64,000 bases of DNA from the NCBI GenBank assembly GCA_963921275.4, contig OZ001293.3:1888001-1952000 (forward strand). The letters run 5' to 3'. Shown here piece by piece: positions 35,238-48,397 of this stretch. The notes under the pieces are model-generated. The model made no database searches, was not told the origin of the DNA, and worked only from the letters and a program-made list of their open reading frames with translations. Each line of letters opens with the position of its first letter. The first letter of the stretch is position 1. The DNA is from an uncultured Hormoscilla sp. (GTDB taxonomy: Bacteria; Cyanobacteriota; Cyanobacteriia; Cyanobacteriales; Desertifilaceae). A program made the position numbers and the translations under genes.

Positions 35238-35957
35238 CTAAGAATTGCGATCGGGCTCGATGTCCGCTTCTCGCAGTAATTGTTCTAAACGTTTAGCAAG
35301 TTGACGTTCCTGTTCAAGTTGTTCTGACACAATTTCCTTAGCCTGACGTTCTTCGAGCAATTCCTGCTGAACCCTTTGCAATTGCTGGTTCACTTGCAAA
35401 TAATCAGCAAACGGTTGACCCTCTGGACGATACAACACCAGGGTGTCCGATGACAGTTCAAAGCGAATTCCCAACCGAGGAGAAACCCAACCATTCATCT
35501 CATCAATCACATCTAACCAAGCATCAGAACGCGACCATCCCTTTAAGCTATTTTTCTTGGGATCGTAGAGATAGTATTCTTCCACCCCATAGCGATCGTA
35601 AAATAACAACTTCCAGTTCATTTCCTTAGTGGTATTCCCTGGAGAAAGAATCTCAAAGACCACTTGGGGGGCGATATGATTCTCTTTCCACTGTTTATAA
35701 GAACCTCGATCGCCTTTTTCGACACCAAACACTACCATTATATCCGGGGCTTGGCGCAATTTATTATTCCCTTCCACTGGATACCAAAGCAAATCTCCAG
35801 CCACGAAAACTTTACTGTTGTCGGCAAATAACCAAGCTAAATTGTAATAAATGACTGTAATCCAACGAAATTGAATGGTCTTATCTGCCATTGGTTGTCC
35901 ATCACTGTCAGGATAAATGATTTCGGCATCGGTTTGGGGCTGCAATTGTGTGACCAT
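35238..35957 (-). CDS. Uma2 family endonuclease
   Basis: YPDSDGQPMA, APDIMVVFG, PQVVFEILSP, GVEEYYLYDP. Confidence 0.92.
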   Translation of the reverse strand: MVTQLQPQTDAEIIYPDSDGQPMADKTIQFRWITVIYYNLAWLFADNSKVFVAGDLLWYPVEGNNKLRQAPDIMVVFGVEKGDRGSYKQWKENHIAPQVVFEILSPGNTTKEMNWKLLFYDRYGVEEYYLYDPKKNSLKGWSRSDAWLDVIDEMNGWVSPRLGIRFELSSDTLVLYRPEGQPFADYLQVNQQLQRVQQELLEERQAKEIVSEQLEQERQLAKRLEQLLREADIEPDRNS

Positions 35958-38425
35958 ATTTAATTAACTCAATGTAGAATAGACTCATAGCACACCAAAA
36001 CTATTTGTATACTATCTTACCACAGGGATTCAATTAATTACCTCCTATAAGAATCAAGGGCGACCAATAGGCTGGATGGCGATCAACTTCACTCAGCTTT
36101 GCTTGCTGCAGACTTGCACTCATCCCCTGCTTGAGATGCTGATAAAATGCGATCGCCATCTCCCCACTTTGCCGATCCGCACTTGGCCAGAGACTGGCGA
36201 TCGCCTCTTTCGCCCCCGCTTGTTCCCACAAATAAGCAAATCCTGATATTTCGGGCCCGGCGGTTTGGGGGATAATAATGCTAATCAGTTCTGTTTTTTA
36301 CAGTCCCAGAAGTGCTGCCTCGGCAATGGGGAAGGTTTGGTTATTTGCAAATAGCAAGGTATTCTCTTCCATGCCTAAATTGGGACAGCCTCCAGGTTGG
36401 AAACAACCGTGAGTCTCCAGGTGCAGAAACCGATATCGGGGCCCTTGACTTTTGAACCGGTTGAGAGTCGGTTGACTGCCAATATATGCTTTACTATTGG
36501 GAAAAATTCTGCTGATTTCCCGGGCTGTTACTTCTGGCAGATTAACCGACGATGGCAAGGGGTTTCCAACTGCAAACACATATGCATTTCTTTGCATCAG
36601 CAACCATAAGGCCCCGCTACCCCACAGCAGCAGCAATGCCCCACTCACGATGATGCCTGGTTTCCGCCACAACCAAATTGCCGCGCTGCCCAATACGATC
36701 ACTACCACTAGAGATATAATGATTGGTGAGGAGATCGCGCCTATCTGGACCATCTCATTCGCCTCTGTCTGTTCCCAAGTCCGACCCCCTACCCGAGTCA
36801 GATAGTTGACGGGATATTTCTCGATCAGGTATTCGCTGCCCGAAGCCCGATCGCACTCTTTCCTTGACTCACTTTCACAGAGAGTTTCCCAGGGAATATC
36901 CCCCAACTTTCCACTCAGGATAATACTCAGTTGCTGGGGTGCTTGAATTTCCCCTGCCACTGGACCCATCAATATCTCGTATAATTTAGCGCTGGTTTCC
37001 CGATATTTTCTGTCTTTGGGGTCTGACAATTGCTGGCGGTAATCTTGCAACAACTGGTCGAATTTTTCTGGCTTTATATTTTCCTTGATAACATTGATTC
37101 TCTCTTTTGTCAACACAAAAATTGCCAGAATCGAGGAGACATTTTCTACTCCGGTTAGCAAAACTGGATGCACGATCAGCGTCTCCCGAACGCGCTAATC
37201 GCACTGTCCGGGAGACGCTGAAGCCCTTCCTGGCGGGATCTTCGAGAGCAGCTGTTCGCTCTTAATCGGAGTGGTATATAATAGTTCTGCTACTTCTGGG
37301 AATTGACTGGTGATCGCCGCCTCTTGCTGGGACAGTGATGCTTTTAAGTCTCGCAGTTTTTGGGCTACTCCTGAATCGAAATTCTCTGCTAACTGTTGTT
37401 CCCGCAAATCTATTTCCTGATGTTCGGCCTGCCACTGGGCCATTGCTGCTTCTGCTTCCGGGTTCGCCACCCGCCCATTAATCTTCCGGAAGTAGTCAGC
37501 TAGCTCTACAATAGTAGCTAGGTTGACCCATTCATAGGCCCGATCGGGTTGCTTTTCTTCGATCAGCATATCCAGCAGCGAGATCAGCAGTTTGCGGTAT
37601 TCTTTTGACTCTGATATCCCTGCCTGTCCCATCTGTAAACTAATTGTTACAGCTTCTTCTAAAACCCAGATCGCCTCTGCTGGTCGGTCCAATACTTGGT
37701 AGACGATCGCCATATTTCTCAGAGTCTTCACAATGCGCGATCGCACTCCCACTTCTCTGTCTACTACCAATGCTTGCTGAAAAAACTCCAACGCCTGTTC
37801 CGGTTGTCCCAAGTCTCCGTAGACGGCGGCGATATTATTCAGAGTCGTCGCCACCACCGATCTATCTTCCAACTTTTGGGCGATCTGCAAGGCTTTTTGG
37901 TAGAATTGTAACGGCCGTTCTGGTAGTTCCAAGTCCCCGTACATTGCAGCCATATGATTCAGGGTAGCAGCTTCCCTTTCTGGGTCCGGAAGTTGCCTGA
38001 TTATCGGTAAAGCTGCTTGCAAGAACTCCAATGCTTTATACCTTTGCCCGATCGCTCTATAGGCCACGCCGATATTATACAGCGCCTCTACCTCTCCCGG
38101 GCGATCGCCCATCTGACGGCGCAGGGGCAAAGCGCGGCTAAAGTAATTCAACGCCTGCCGATCTTTTCCCAGATTTCTGTATGCTGCACCCAGTCCCGTC
38201 AGGGTCGCTGCTTTTGATGACCGATCCCCTACTTGTTTTAATATCGACCAAGCTTGCTGGTAATGGGACAACGCCTTCTGAGATTCTTCCCTATCTAAGT
38301 ATACCGCCCCCATATTACTCAAGGCGATCGTTTCTGAGATGCGATCGCCCACTTCCCTACTTATTGGCAAAGCTTGATTGTATAATTCCAGCGCCTTTGT
38401 TGCTTCCCCCAGCTTCTTATATACC

Positions 38426-38571
38426 CAGGGCAAGCGCAAGAAAAATTGTGCATGTGGTATGGAGCCACGAAAATTGCGAGTGGACTGTGCCCTATTCGCA
38501 CTCCTTGAAGGAAATCATTCTCATTATAGTTGATAATAGATGCCCCAAGCATGATTCTTGCGCTTACCCTG
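38426..38571. mobile_element. 146-bp MITE with a 10-bp target duplication
   Basis: TIRs CAGGGCAAGCGCAAGAA / TTCTTGCGCTTACCCTG; TSD CTTATATACC; excision restores AVYKKLG. Confidence 0.92.
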
Positions 38572-38900
38572 CTTATATACCGCCTCGATATTATTCAGCG
38601 TCCTCGCCAACTCTCTGCTGGTTCCATTATCTCTTTCAATTGACAGTCCTTGGTTGTAATATTCTAACGCCTCTTGCCATTTTCCCTGTTCGTAGTAGAT
38701 CGTACCCATAGCATTCAGCGTCGAAGCTTCTGTCGATCGGTCTCCCAACTTCTGAGACATCAGCAACAACTTTTTATAGGACTACAACACCTTTGAAGCT
38801 TGTCCCAGTTCTTTCTGTAGCCCCGCGATCTGCTTGAGAATCTTTACTTTTTCTGCTGCATTTCCCAATTCTTCTACTCTTTGACTGGCTTGGTTATAGT

Positions 38901-39122
38901 CAATACTCCGGACAGTTTTTAGACCCTATTTCGACCACAACACAAGGGTTGCAGCCAAAATCGCCTTATTTTTTTCAATGTCTGCCCCAGGGCTAACTTG
39001 CCTAAAATTGCTCTATCGAGCAAAGGCTGACGCTGCGATGCGCGAGGGGTAGTGCGAGTAGCGCACCTCGAGTGCATCGCAAGGCTTGCAGCTACGTACA
39101 GCCAAAACGGTCCGGACTATTG
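38901..39122. mobile_element. 222-bp MITE with a 7-bp target duplication
   Basis: TIRs CAATACTCCGGACAGTTTT / AAAACGGTCCGGACTATTG; TSD TTATAGT; excision restores ALSYYNQA. Confidence 0.9.
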
Positions 39123-39155
39123 TTATAGTAACTCAATGCCTTTTCTAGTTTCCCG

Positions 39156-39675
39156 CAAATGAAGCATTTAGACCAACCGAATGCGCCGACAGTATCACAA
39201 GAAAATTGCGTGATATAACATATTATCACCCATGTCAAGTGATACTGGCTTTCGATATCTCTGCCGGTGCTCTTGTCCCAGGGTCTATGGACAGCACACA
39301 GGAGACATCGGCGATAGGTACCCATGGCTGCGCCCCCAGCGCAGCGCTAGGTTGACAAGTGGCTGTACCGACGAGCGGGAGAGTGTAGTTGACAAGGCCT
39401 AATGGCCACGAAAATGGTGGTTATCAATGGTCAAGAAACTGGCAAGGGGGTTTGTAGAAATGGCCTGCTGTTTCCAGCAGTGAGACGAGAAGACTCGACT
39501 CGACTATCCCAGGAGTGCTTCTTAGATTTGGTTTACTACAACACTCTACAGGGTGGATAGCTTTCGGACCAACTCCCTTTTCAACTGGCTGTCGTAATAC
39601 ATATGTATTACGACATGACTGTATATGTTACATAGTGAATTATAAAAATTATTCTCAAAACTGTCCGGACTATTG
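39156..39675 (-). mobile_element. Decayed IS relic (IS4-like), short copy
   Basis: Ends AAAACTGTCCGGACTATTG, the same TIR as the 222-bp MITE; homologous to 43030-43115 and 45615-45959. Confidence 0.7.
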
Positions 39676-39682
39676 TCTTATG

Positions 39683-40402
39683 CTAATCGCTTTTTTGCCA
39701 TCCTAAACGGGTTGGCTGTTGATAAACTCGCTTTAATGTGTTAACATCTCTAGCAGAAATCTCTGGAGGATAGCGCACCTGAGAAAAATACATGACATCC
39801 CTCTGGTCAGGAGAATGTCCCCATATTCCCAGAGCATGACCCATTTCGTGACGTGCCGTTGCTGTCGTGTACTCAGATGTCTGGTTCGGGCTTAACCAGA
39901 TAATAAACTTATGTGACAAAATCCCGGATGCATTATAATATAGCTCAAAGCGAGTTGACCCAGCCCGCACTCGACCTAACTCCCCGTTAGGGCCCAACTG
40001 CAACGGCGGATTTTTGCGCTTAACGATTATATCTGCCATTTCTTGCCGTTCTACTACCTTTAAGGGCAAATAAACTTGCCATTGGACTACCCCAAGCCAT
40101 ACCGCCTTTCGCCATTCTTGCCCGCGACCATCTCCCGATGATGAGTCTAGATAGATTTTAATCGGAAAGGACGACCATACTAGATAACCTACCTCGCTTG
40201 GCTGCACTCGCTCAAAATAATCGCCACTCTCTTTTTCCGAATGCCATTGGGCCAGACTGGGCGGTAGCGGATGGGCTACAAGAGGTGGTTTTGGTCCTTC
40301 TGTCGCCCGGAGACTATTGCTGGACAGATGCGGAAAATGACTGGCGATCGCTAGGATACAAGATGCGATCGCCACTCCTAAAATCAGCCATAACTGCCGC
40401 AT
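39683..40402 (-). CDS. Secreted zinc metallopeptidase (matrixin-like)
   Basis: Signal peptide; HEMGHALGIWGHS and Met-turn. Confidence 0.9.
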   Translation of the reverse strand: MRQLWLILGVAIASCILAIASHFPHLSSNSLRATEGPKPPLVAHPLPPSLAQWHSEKESGDYFERVQPSEVGYLVWSSFPIKIYLDSSSGDGRGQEWRKAVWLGVVQWQVYLPLKVVERQEMADIIVKRKNPPLQLGPNGELGRVRAGSTRFELYYNASGILSHKFIIWLSPNQTSEYTTATARHEMGHALGIWGHSPDQRDVMYFSQVRYPPEISARDVNTLKRVYQQPTRLGWQKSD

Positions 40403-40632
40403 TAACCTAACCAGTTAGCGCTCAAAATCACGGTTAAGCCTATAAACATCACCGTCAGGGTCCAGGTAATGCGGTTGAGAGCAGTTTCGGCACTCTTAGT
40501 ACTGGTAAACAGTTGAGCTTGTCCGCCAATACCGCCGAGGCCATCTCCTTTAGGGCTATGCAGCAATACTAAGACGATCAAACCCACGGCCGACACGACC
40601 CAAATAATTTCTAGGATGTTGTTAACATTCAT
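40402..40632 (-). CDS. secG: Preprotein translocase subunit SecG
   Basis: VLLHSPKGDGLGGIGGQAQLF; follows gpmI. Confidence 0.95.
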   Translation of the reverse strand: MNVNNILEIIWVVSAVGLIVLVLLHSPKGDGLGGIGGQAQLFTSTKSAETALNRITWTLTVMFIGLTVILSANWLG

Positions 40633-40633
40633 A

Positions 40634-40763
40634 GGTTAGTGGTTAGTTGTCAGTGGTTAGTGGTCAGTTGTCAGTGGTTAGTGGTCAGTTGTCAGTAGTT
40701 AGTGGTCAGTTGTCAGTTGTCTTAGAGGTGGTCAACCCACAACTGACAACCCACAACTGACAA
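40634..40763. repeat. STRR-type 7-mer tandem repeats
   Basis: GGTTAGT/GGTCAGT/TGTCAGT array followed by an inverted array. Confidence 0.85.
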
Positions 40764-40764
40764 C

Positions 40765-42363
40765 TTACCGGGACAGTCGCACCGGAGAACGATTCTGTTG
40801 CACTTGATAGGCAGGTAATCGCAACATCGATTTACCTGTCATTTCCAAGGGCTGCGGTAGCCTTAAAATCTCCAGGATCGTCGGCGCGATGTCGGCTAAA
40901 CGACCATCACTCCTGAGACCGACTTCAGCCCCATGTCCTGGGATTTTTAGTCCTTCCCCTTCTATCAGGATAAACGGAACTGGGTTGGTTGTGTGAGCTG
41001 TCCAGGGGTTACCCGCAAAGTCAAGCATCAGTTCCGCATTGCCGTGGTCTGCTGTAATGATTACTGTTCCTCCTACTCGGTTGACTGTTTCCACTAGCTG
41101 TCCCAAACATCGATCTACTGTTTGTATGGCTTGGACTGCCGCTGGTTGTATGCCTGTGTGACCTACCATGTCCGGGTTGGCGTAGTTGATCGCTATCAGG
41201 GAGTATATCTGTTGGGCGATCGCAGCACAGGCTTCATCTGTTACTGCCGCTGCGGACATTTCCGGCGCTTGGTCGTATGTTGGCACTATCGGACTTTGGA
41301 CCAGATAGCGGTCCTCTCCAGGAAAGGGTTCCTCTAAACCGCCATTGAAGAAATAGGTCACGTGGGCGTACTTTTCCGTTTCTGCAGTTCTAAACTGTCG
41401 CAGTCCATGCTGGGCTATCACTTCTCCCAGAATATTACTCAGGTTCTGGGGTTCAAAGGCTACTAAGACTGGCAAACTCGGATCGTACTGGGTAAAGGTG
41501 ACAAAGGTCAAAGGCTCAAGAAGCTCTCGTTCAAACCCTGTAAACTCCCGGTCTACAAAGACTTGGGTCAGCTGTCGGGCCCTGTCTGGGCGGAAGTTAA
41601 AGAATACCACCCCGTCTCCGGGTTCCACTGCACCGGGGGCTATCCGCGTCGGCACCACGAACTCATCTGTCACTCCCCCATTATAGGAAGCCTGCAATAC
41701 CTCTACTGCGCTACCATCGCATCCTGGACCATCGGTAGTCATCAGGTCGTAGGCTTTTTGGATCCGGTCCCAGCGTTTGTCCCGGTCCATTGCATAGTAA
41801 CGACCGCTGAGGGTGACGATGCGCCCGACTCCGATTTTTTCTATATAGTCTTGAATGCGTCCGATCGCCTTCACGCCATCAGTAGGATAAGTATCCCTAC
41901 CATCGGTGATCGCGTGGATGCAAACCTGGGAAATCTCCTGAGCTGCTGCTATATCCAGCAGTCCCAATAAATGGTCCAGATGGGAATGTACGCCCCCTTC
42001 CGAACACAGCCCTACTAAATGTAGCTTACCGTCGCGGGCGCGAATTTCACCCCATAGTTTCCCTAGGGCGAGATTCTCGGCCAGGGAACCATCTTCTACT
42101 GCATCTGATATCCGGACTAATTCTTGCTTGACTATCCGCCCTGCGCCGATATTCACGTGACCCACTTCCGAGTTTCCCATTTGACCCTCTGGTAGTCCCA
42201 CATCTTTGCCTGATGTTCTGATTAAGGTATTCGGATAAGCCGCCCAGAGGCTATCCATTACGGGAGTTTTCGCGGCGGCAATAGCGTTTCCCTCACTAGC
42301 TGAGCGGTAACCCCAGCCATCTAAAATGACTAGCACTACAGGGGATACAGGTGCTTGCGTCAT
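40765..42363 (-). CDS. gpmI: 2,3-bisphosphoglycerate-independent phosphoglycerate mutase
   Basis: LDGWG, GNSEVGH, AETEKYAHVT, NPDMVGHTG, ADHGN. Confidence 0.97.
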   Translation of the reverse strand: MTQAPVSPVVLVILDGWGYRSASEGNAIAAAKTPVMDSLWAAYPNTLIRTSGKDVGLPEGQMGNSEVGHVNIGAGRIVKQELVRISDAVEDGSLAENLALGKLWGEIRARDGKLHLVGLCSEGGVHSHLDHLLGLLDIAAAQEISQVCIHAITDGRDTYPTDGVKAIGRIQDYIEKIGVGRIVTLSGRYYAMDRDKRWDRIQKAYDLMTTDGPGCDGSAVEVLQASYNGGVTDEFVVPTRIAPGAVEPGDGVVFFNFRPDRARQLTQVFVDREFTGFERELLEPLTFVTFTQYDPSLPVLVAFEPQNLSNILGEVIAQHGLRQFRTAETEKYAHVTYFFNGGLEEPFPGEDRYLVQSPIVPTYDQAPEMSAAAVTDEACAAIAQQIYSLIAINYANPDMVGHTGIQPAAVQAIQTVDRCLGQLVETVNRVGGTVIITADHGNAELMLDFAGNPWTAHTTNPVPFILIEGEGLKIPGHGAEVGLRSDGRLADIAPTILEILRLPQPLEMTGKSMLRLPAYQVQQNRSPVRLSR

Positions 42364-43257
42364 ACTCGTTCACCAAGCTTTACGTCTAATTTCTCCCGCC
42401 CATCTTACCATTAGATTCTGCTTCTGACTTGCAATACTTGCTACACGGACAAAATTAGGAGGCTATGGCCCCGTAGGCAAGCAGGTTCTGGTAGTTCCTT
42501 CGATGTCTCCTGGTGCTGCCGAAACGTGGGAGCGCGGTTGAGCACTACCCACGTTTCGGCAGCGCGCTAAAAGCATAACTGGTGGGGAGACATCTTTGTG
42601 AGATTTAATCTTTCCTTGGAGGAGCCAAGGAAATAAATAAGTTCATGCATATGCTCTGTGAAGTGCCTTTAGAGAAGACAGCTCAAGAAAGCTCAACTCC
42701 GTGGCTGTGTCCCTTAACAGGCATGAGACGATAGTATCTCATGCCTGTTAAGGGACACAGGTTGCTGGCCCTTGACTGTTGTCTTGCTGTTTTAGCTTTC
42801 CGGACTGGCCGTGAAAGATATCTCTGCTCCTTGCTCTTGTCCCAGGGTCCATGGCTGCGCCACCCATCGCTGCGCCACCCATCGCTGCGCCACGCTACGC
42901 GCTACGCGATACGCGAACGGCACACAGGAGACATCGCCTCCGCATCGTGCTTAGCATCTTTTTGTCAATATCGGTGGTCAGCCATCGAACTTGCACCACA
43001 TAACCGCCCTTGCCATTGTGCTCAAAGAGCATTTAGACCAACCGAATGTGTCGACAGTATCACTTGACAATTGCGTGATCTAACATATTATTACCCATGT
43101 CAAGTGATACTGGCTGGATCCTCACAGACCACACCACCGCTGTATAAAGCTGTTCGATATCTCTGCTCCTTGCTCTTGTCCGGTGGTGACATGGCTGCGC
43201 CCCCAGCGCAGCGCTATCGGCACACAGGAGACATCGACGCCGTTCAATAAGGTTTTA

Positions 43258-45113
<1,856 letters not shown>

Positions 45114-45282
45114 TCAACCTTACCAGCGTAGCCTATAGCCGCGACGAAGATATCTCTGCTCCTTGCTCTTGTCCCAGGGTCCATGGCTGCGCCACCCATG
45201 GCTGCGCCACCCATGGCTGCGCCACCCATGGCTGCGCCACGCTACGCGATACGCGATACGCGCTATGCGATACGCGGACGGC

Positions 45283-45653
45283 ACACAGGAGACATCGTCG
45301 TCCCCTTCTTTTCTGTGGTCTGATGCACTTCTTACTTTTCGATATCTCTGCTCCCTTGCTCTTGTCCCAGGGTCCATACGGCTTGTGCTCTTGTCCCCGG
45401 CCCCGGGGACATGGACGGCACACAGGAGACATCGGCGATAGGTACCCTCTGACAAGTGGCTGTACCGAACACAGGAGACATCGTCGTCCCCTTCTTTTCT
45501 GTGGTCCGATGCACTTCTTACTTTTCGATATCTCTGCTCCTTGCTCTTGTCCCAGGGTCCATACGGCTTGTGCTCTTGTCCCCGGCCCCGGGGACATGGA
45601 CGGCACACAGGAGACATCGGCGATAGGTACCCTCTGACAAGTGGCTGTACCGA
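45283..45653. repeat. 186-bp tandem duplication
   Basis: 45283-45468 and 45469-45653 differ at only ~2 positions. Confidence 0.92.
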
Positions 45654-46400
45654 CGAGGGGGAGAGTGTAGTTGACAATGCCTAATGGCCACGAAAATGGT
45701 GGTTATCAATGGTCAAGAAACTGGCGTTGGGGTTTGTAGAAATGGCCTGCTGTTTCCAGCAGTGAGGCTAGAAGACTCTCTGAGACTATCCCAGGAGTGC
45801 TTCTTAGATTTGGTTTACTACAACACTCTACAGGGTGGATAGCTTGGAGACAAACTCCCTTTTCAACTGGCTGTCGTCATACATATGTATTACGAACTCT
45901 GACTGGATATTAACAATAGTTAATTATAAAAATTATTCTCAAAACTGTCCGGACTATTGTCAGTAGGATAGCAGAAACAATGATTAGTCGATGCGCGAGG
46001 GACAGTGCGATTAGCGCGTCCCGAGTGCATCGTAGAGTTTTGGGCGATCGCGATGGGATTGCCCAAAACTGGGCCGAAATGCCGGACGACCCTTCTGGCC
46101 CGCGACCTGCAAACTCAACAACGCCTTATCCCTGGAAGCACATCTTACCGCTGAACTGACCTTCAGCGAAAGCGAACTCAAACAGATCGCTAAGGGGTGC
46201 ATCTCACGCCTCCTCGTATTGTCACGCCACCCAGGTGAGAAGAAACCGGGTTTCTACGAGTTATCCTGCTCACGGGGCGATAGTTTGTCAAAGAAACCCG
46301 GTTTCTGGCCCTCACGAGCGCGCCCCCGAGGTATTGGGTTAGGAATCCCTATTTCTGCGATCACAAAATTGTAATTATTTTGTTTCACTTACAAGTTAAC

Positions 46401-47414
46401 TTACTGACCTGCTTTTCTTGCTTCTTCCACCCAGCGATCGAACAGTTCTTGATGATTAGCCACCCACTCTTCGGCATGGCGACGGATATCTTCTGGTGTA
46501 TCTTCACCATTGTAGATCCGCAAGTTCTGGGCGCTGACATCTGCAATGGGAATCTCAACCAGTTCAAAGAAGCGTCGCACTGCTGGGTTGGCATCCAGAA
46601 ATTTATGAGAAGCTAATATTTTCTCCTGATTGATGGAAAATCCCATGGTTTTTCCATCAATCACGGCTTCTTTAATCTCTTGAGGATGTTTTTCTGGGAA
46701 AGAGGTGAAGGGCACTCCCAGCCATACCACATCCTCCCCATTCTTCAAAACAGCATTCTGCCATGAGGGAGTCCAGCTATAATAGAGAATCGGCTTTCCT
46801 TCCTTAAAACGGGCAATAGTGTCCCCGAGCAAGGCAAAGTAACTCCCCCGTTCCTGTTCGACAGTCTCCTGGAGATCGTAAGCCTGTATATGGTGCTCTA
46901 TAATTAATTCACAATACCAACCCGCATTGCAGCCGATTAAGTTAGCTTTTCCATCCCCGTCCGTATCAAATTGTTTGGCAATCTCTGGTTTTTTTAGGTC
47001 TGACAGGTTGGTTATCTTATATTTATCTGCCGTTTTTTTATCGATTACATAACCTTGGAGACAATTGTCAACTATCACCCCATCACGGGACAATTTCTCA
47101 TCCCCCCCTGCATTTTCAAAAAAGCTGTCCTGCTGTGGATACCAGTGATTAGCAGCATAATCAACATCGCCATTAGCTACAGCTAGGTGCAGGCTTGGAG
47201 GCGGGAGTTGTAAGCCTGTTTCTATCTGATATCCGAGTTTTTCCAGACCAATATTAACAACTTCTGTCTGGAATATTTCTTCTTGAATGTCGTAACCGTA
47301 GCTTATTCTCATTCCAGTATCTGGGTTATCACTAGCTGATTCGGGACTGCAAGCGTGAGCCCCTGTCAGTAAGGTCGCTAGGACTGTGGCCAATGCTAGT
47401 TTTTTGGCTTTCAT
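46401..47414 (-). CDS. proX: Glycine betaine/proline ABC transporter substrate-binding protein
   Basis: ProX-type motifs DTDGDGKANLIGCNAGW, YYSWTP; operon context. Confidence 0.9.
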   Translation of the reverse strand: MKAKKLALATVLATLLTGAHACSPESASDNPDTGMRISYGYDIQEEIFQTEVVNIGLEKLGYQIETGLQLPPPSLHLAVANGDVDYAANHWYPQQDSFFENAGGDEKLSRDGVIVDNCLQGYVIDKKTADKYKITNLSDLKKPEIAKQFDTDGDGKANLIGCNAGWYCELIIEHHIQAYDLQETVEQERGSYFALLGDTIARFKEGKPILYYSWTPSWQNAVLKNGEDVVWLGVPFTSFPEKHPQEIKEAVIDGKTMGFSINQEKILASHKFLDANPAVRRFFELVEIPIADVSAQNLRIYNGEDTPEDIRRHAEEWVANHQELFDRWVEEARKAGQ

Positions 47415-48397
47415 CTGCTGATTTCCTCTCCCTTCTTGGTACTTAATAGTGGTAGCAGGGCCCCGATCGGCCCGCGCTCTTTCCAAGATAGCTTACTATT
47501 GCTGGATTTAGTAGCCGCCTGGGTGATGCGATCGAGCATCACTGCCACCAGCACAATCCCAATCCCACCCGTAGAGGCAAGTCCAATATCTAGTCTACCA
47601 ATTCCCCGCAAGACCATTTGCCCTAAACCTTCGACAGCAATCATCGACGCTACCACCACCATTGATAGGGCCATCATAATCGATTGATTTACACCTGCTA
47701 GGATAGTTGGCATTGCCAGAGGAATCTGTGCTTCCCACAGCACTTGATTGGGCGTCGAACCAAATGCCTGGGCCGCTTCCACAACTTCTGGAGAAACTTG
47801 TCTGATGCCAATATTAGTCAGGCGAATCAGAGGCGGTACGGCAAATATAAAGGTGACGATCACTCCCGGTACTTGACCAATTCCAAATAGCATCACCACT
47901 GGCACGAGATAGACAAAGGTCGGCAGGGTTTGCATGGCATCCAGTATCGGTCTAATTATCTGCTCTACCTTGTTACTCCTGGCACAGGCAATGCCTATGG
48001 GTATGCCTACTATCACGCATAATACCACAGCTGTGATTACCAGGGATATGGTCACCATTGACTCTTCCCAAACCCCCAAAAATCCCACAATTACCATGGC
48101 TATATAGCTAAATATTCCCACCCCTCGTCCAGCTATTTGCCATGCCAAAATCCCGACAATGATGATAAATATCAGCGGCGGTATCGCATTCAAAACTGTT
48201 TCTATCCCTTCCAGACCAATACTCACTGGCCAGCGAATTGCTTGGAATACTGGTCGAAAGTTTTCTACCAGAAAATTTACCCCTGTTTCTATCCAGTCCC
48301 CCACAGGTAATTGATACCATTCAAAGGGATTTAAAACGCTTCCTTGCGGTAATGAATACAAATTAAACTTGTTCATTTTTTTTGACAATGTTCGCAA
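47411..48397 (-). CDS. proW: Glycine betaine/proline ABC transporter permease
   Basis: LDAMQTLPTFVYLVP, EAAQAFG. Confidence 0.93.
   Translation of the reverse strand: MRTLSKKMNKFNLYSLPQGSVLNPFEWYQLPVGDWIETGVNFLVENFRPVFQAIRWPVSIGLEGIETVLNAIPPLIFIIIVGILAWQIAGRGVGIFSYIAMVIVGFLGVWEESMVTISLVITAVVLCVIVGIPIGIACARSNKVEQIIRPILDAMQTLPTFVYLVPVVMLFGIGQVPGVIVTFIFAVPPLIRLTNIGIRQVSPEVVEAAQAFGSTPNQVLWEAQIPLAMPTILAGVNQSIMMALSMVVVASMIAVEGLGQMVLRGIGRLDIGLASTGGIGIVLVAVMLDRITQAATKSSNSKLSWKERGPIGALLPLLSTKKGEEISR

Larger units (their letters stand above)
36034..39155 (-). pseudogene. TPR-CHAT protein, multiply disrupted
   Basis: TPR repeats (ATTLNNIA.VY..LG); CHAT motifs LHLETHG, IASLW, HPAYWSPLILIG; two MITEs, a hairpin insert and stops. 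Confidence 0.9.
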
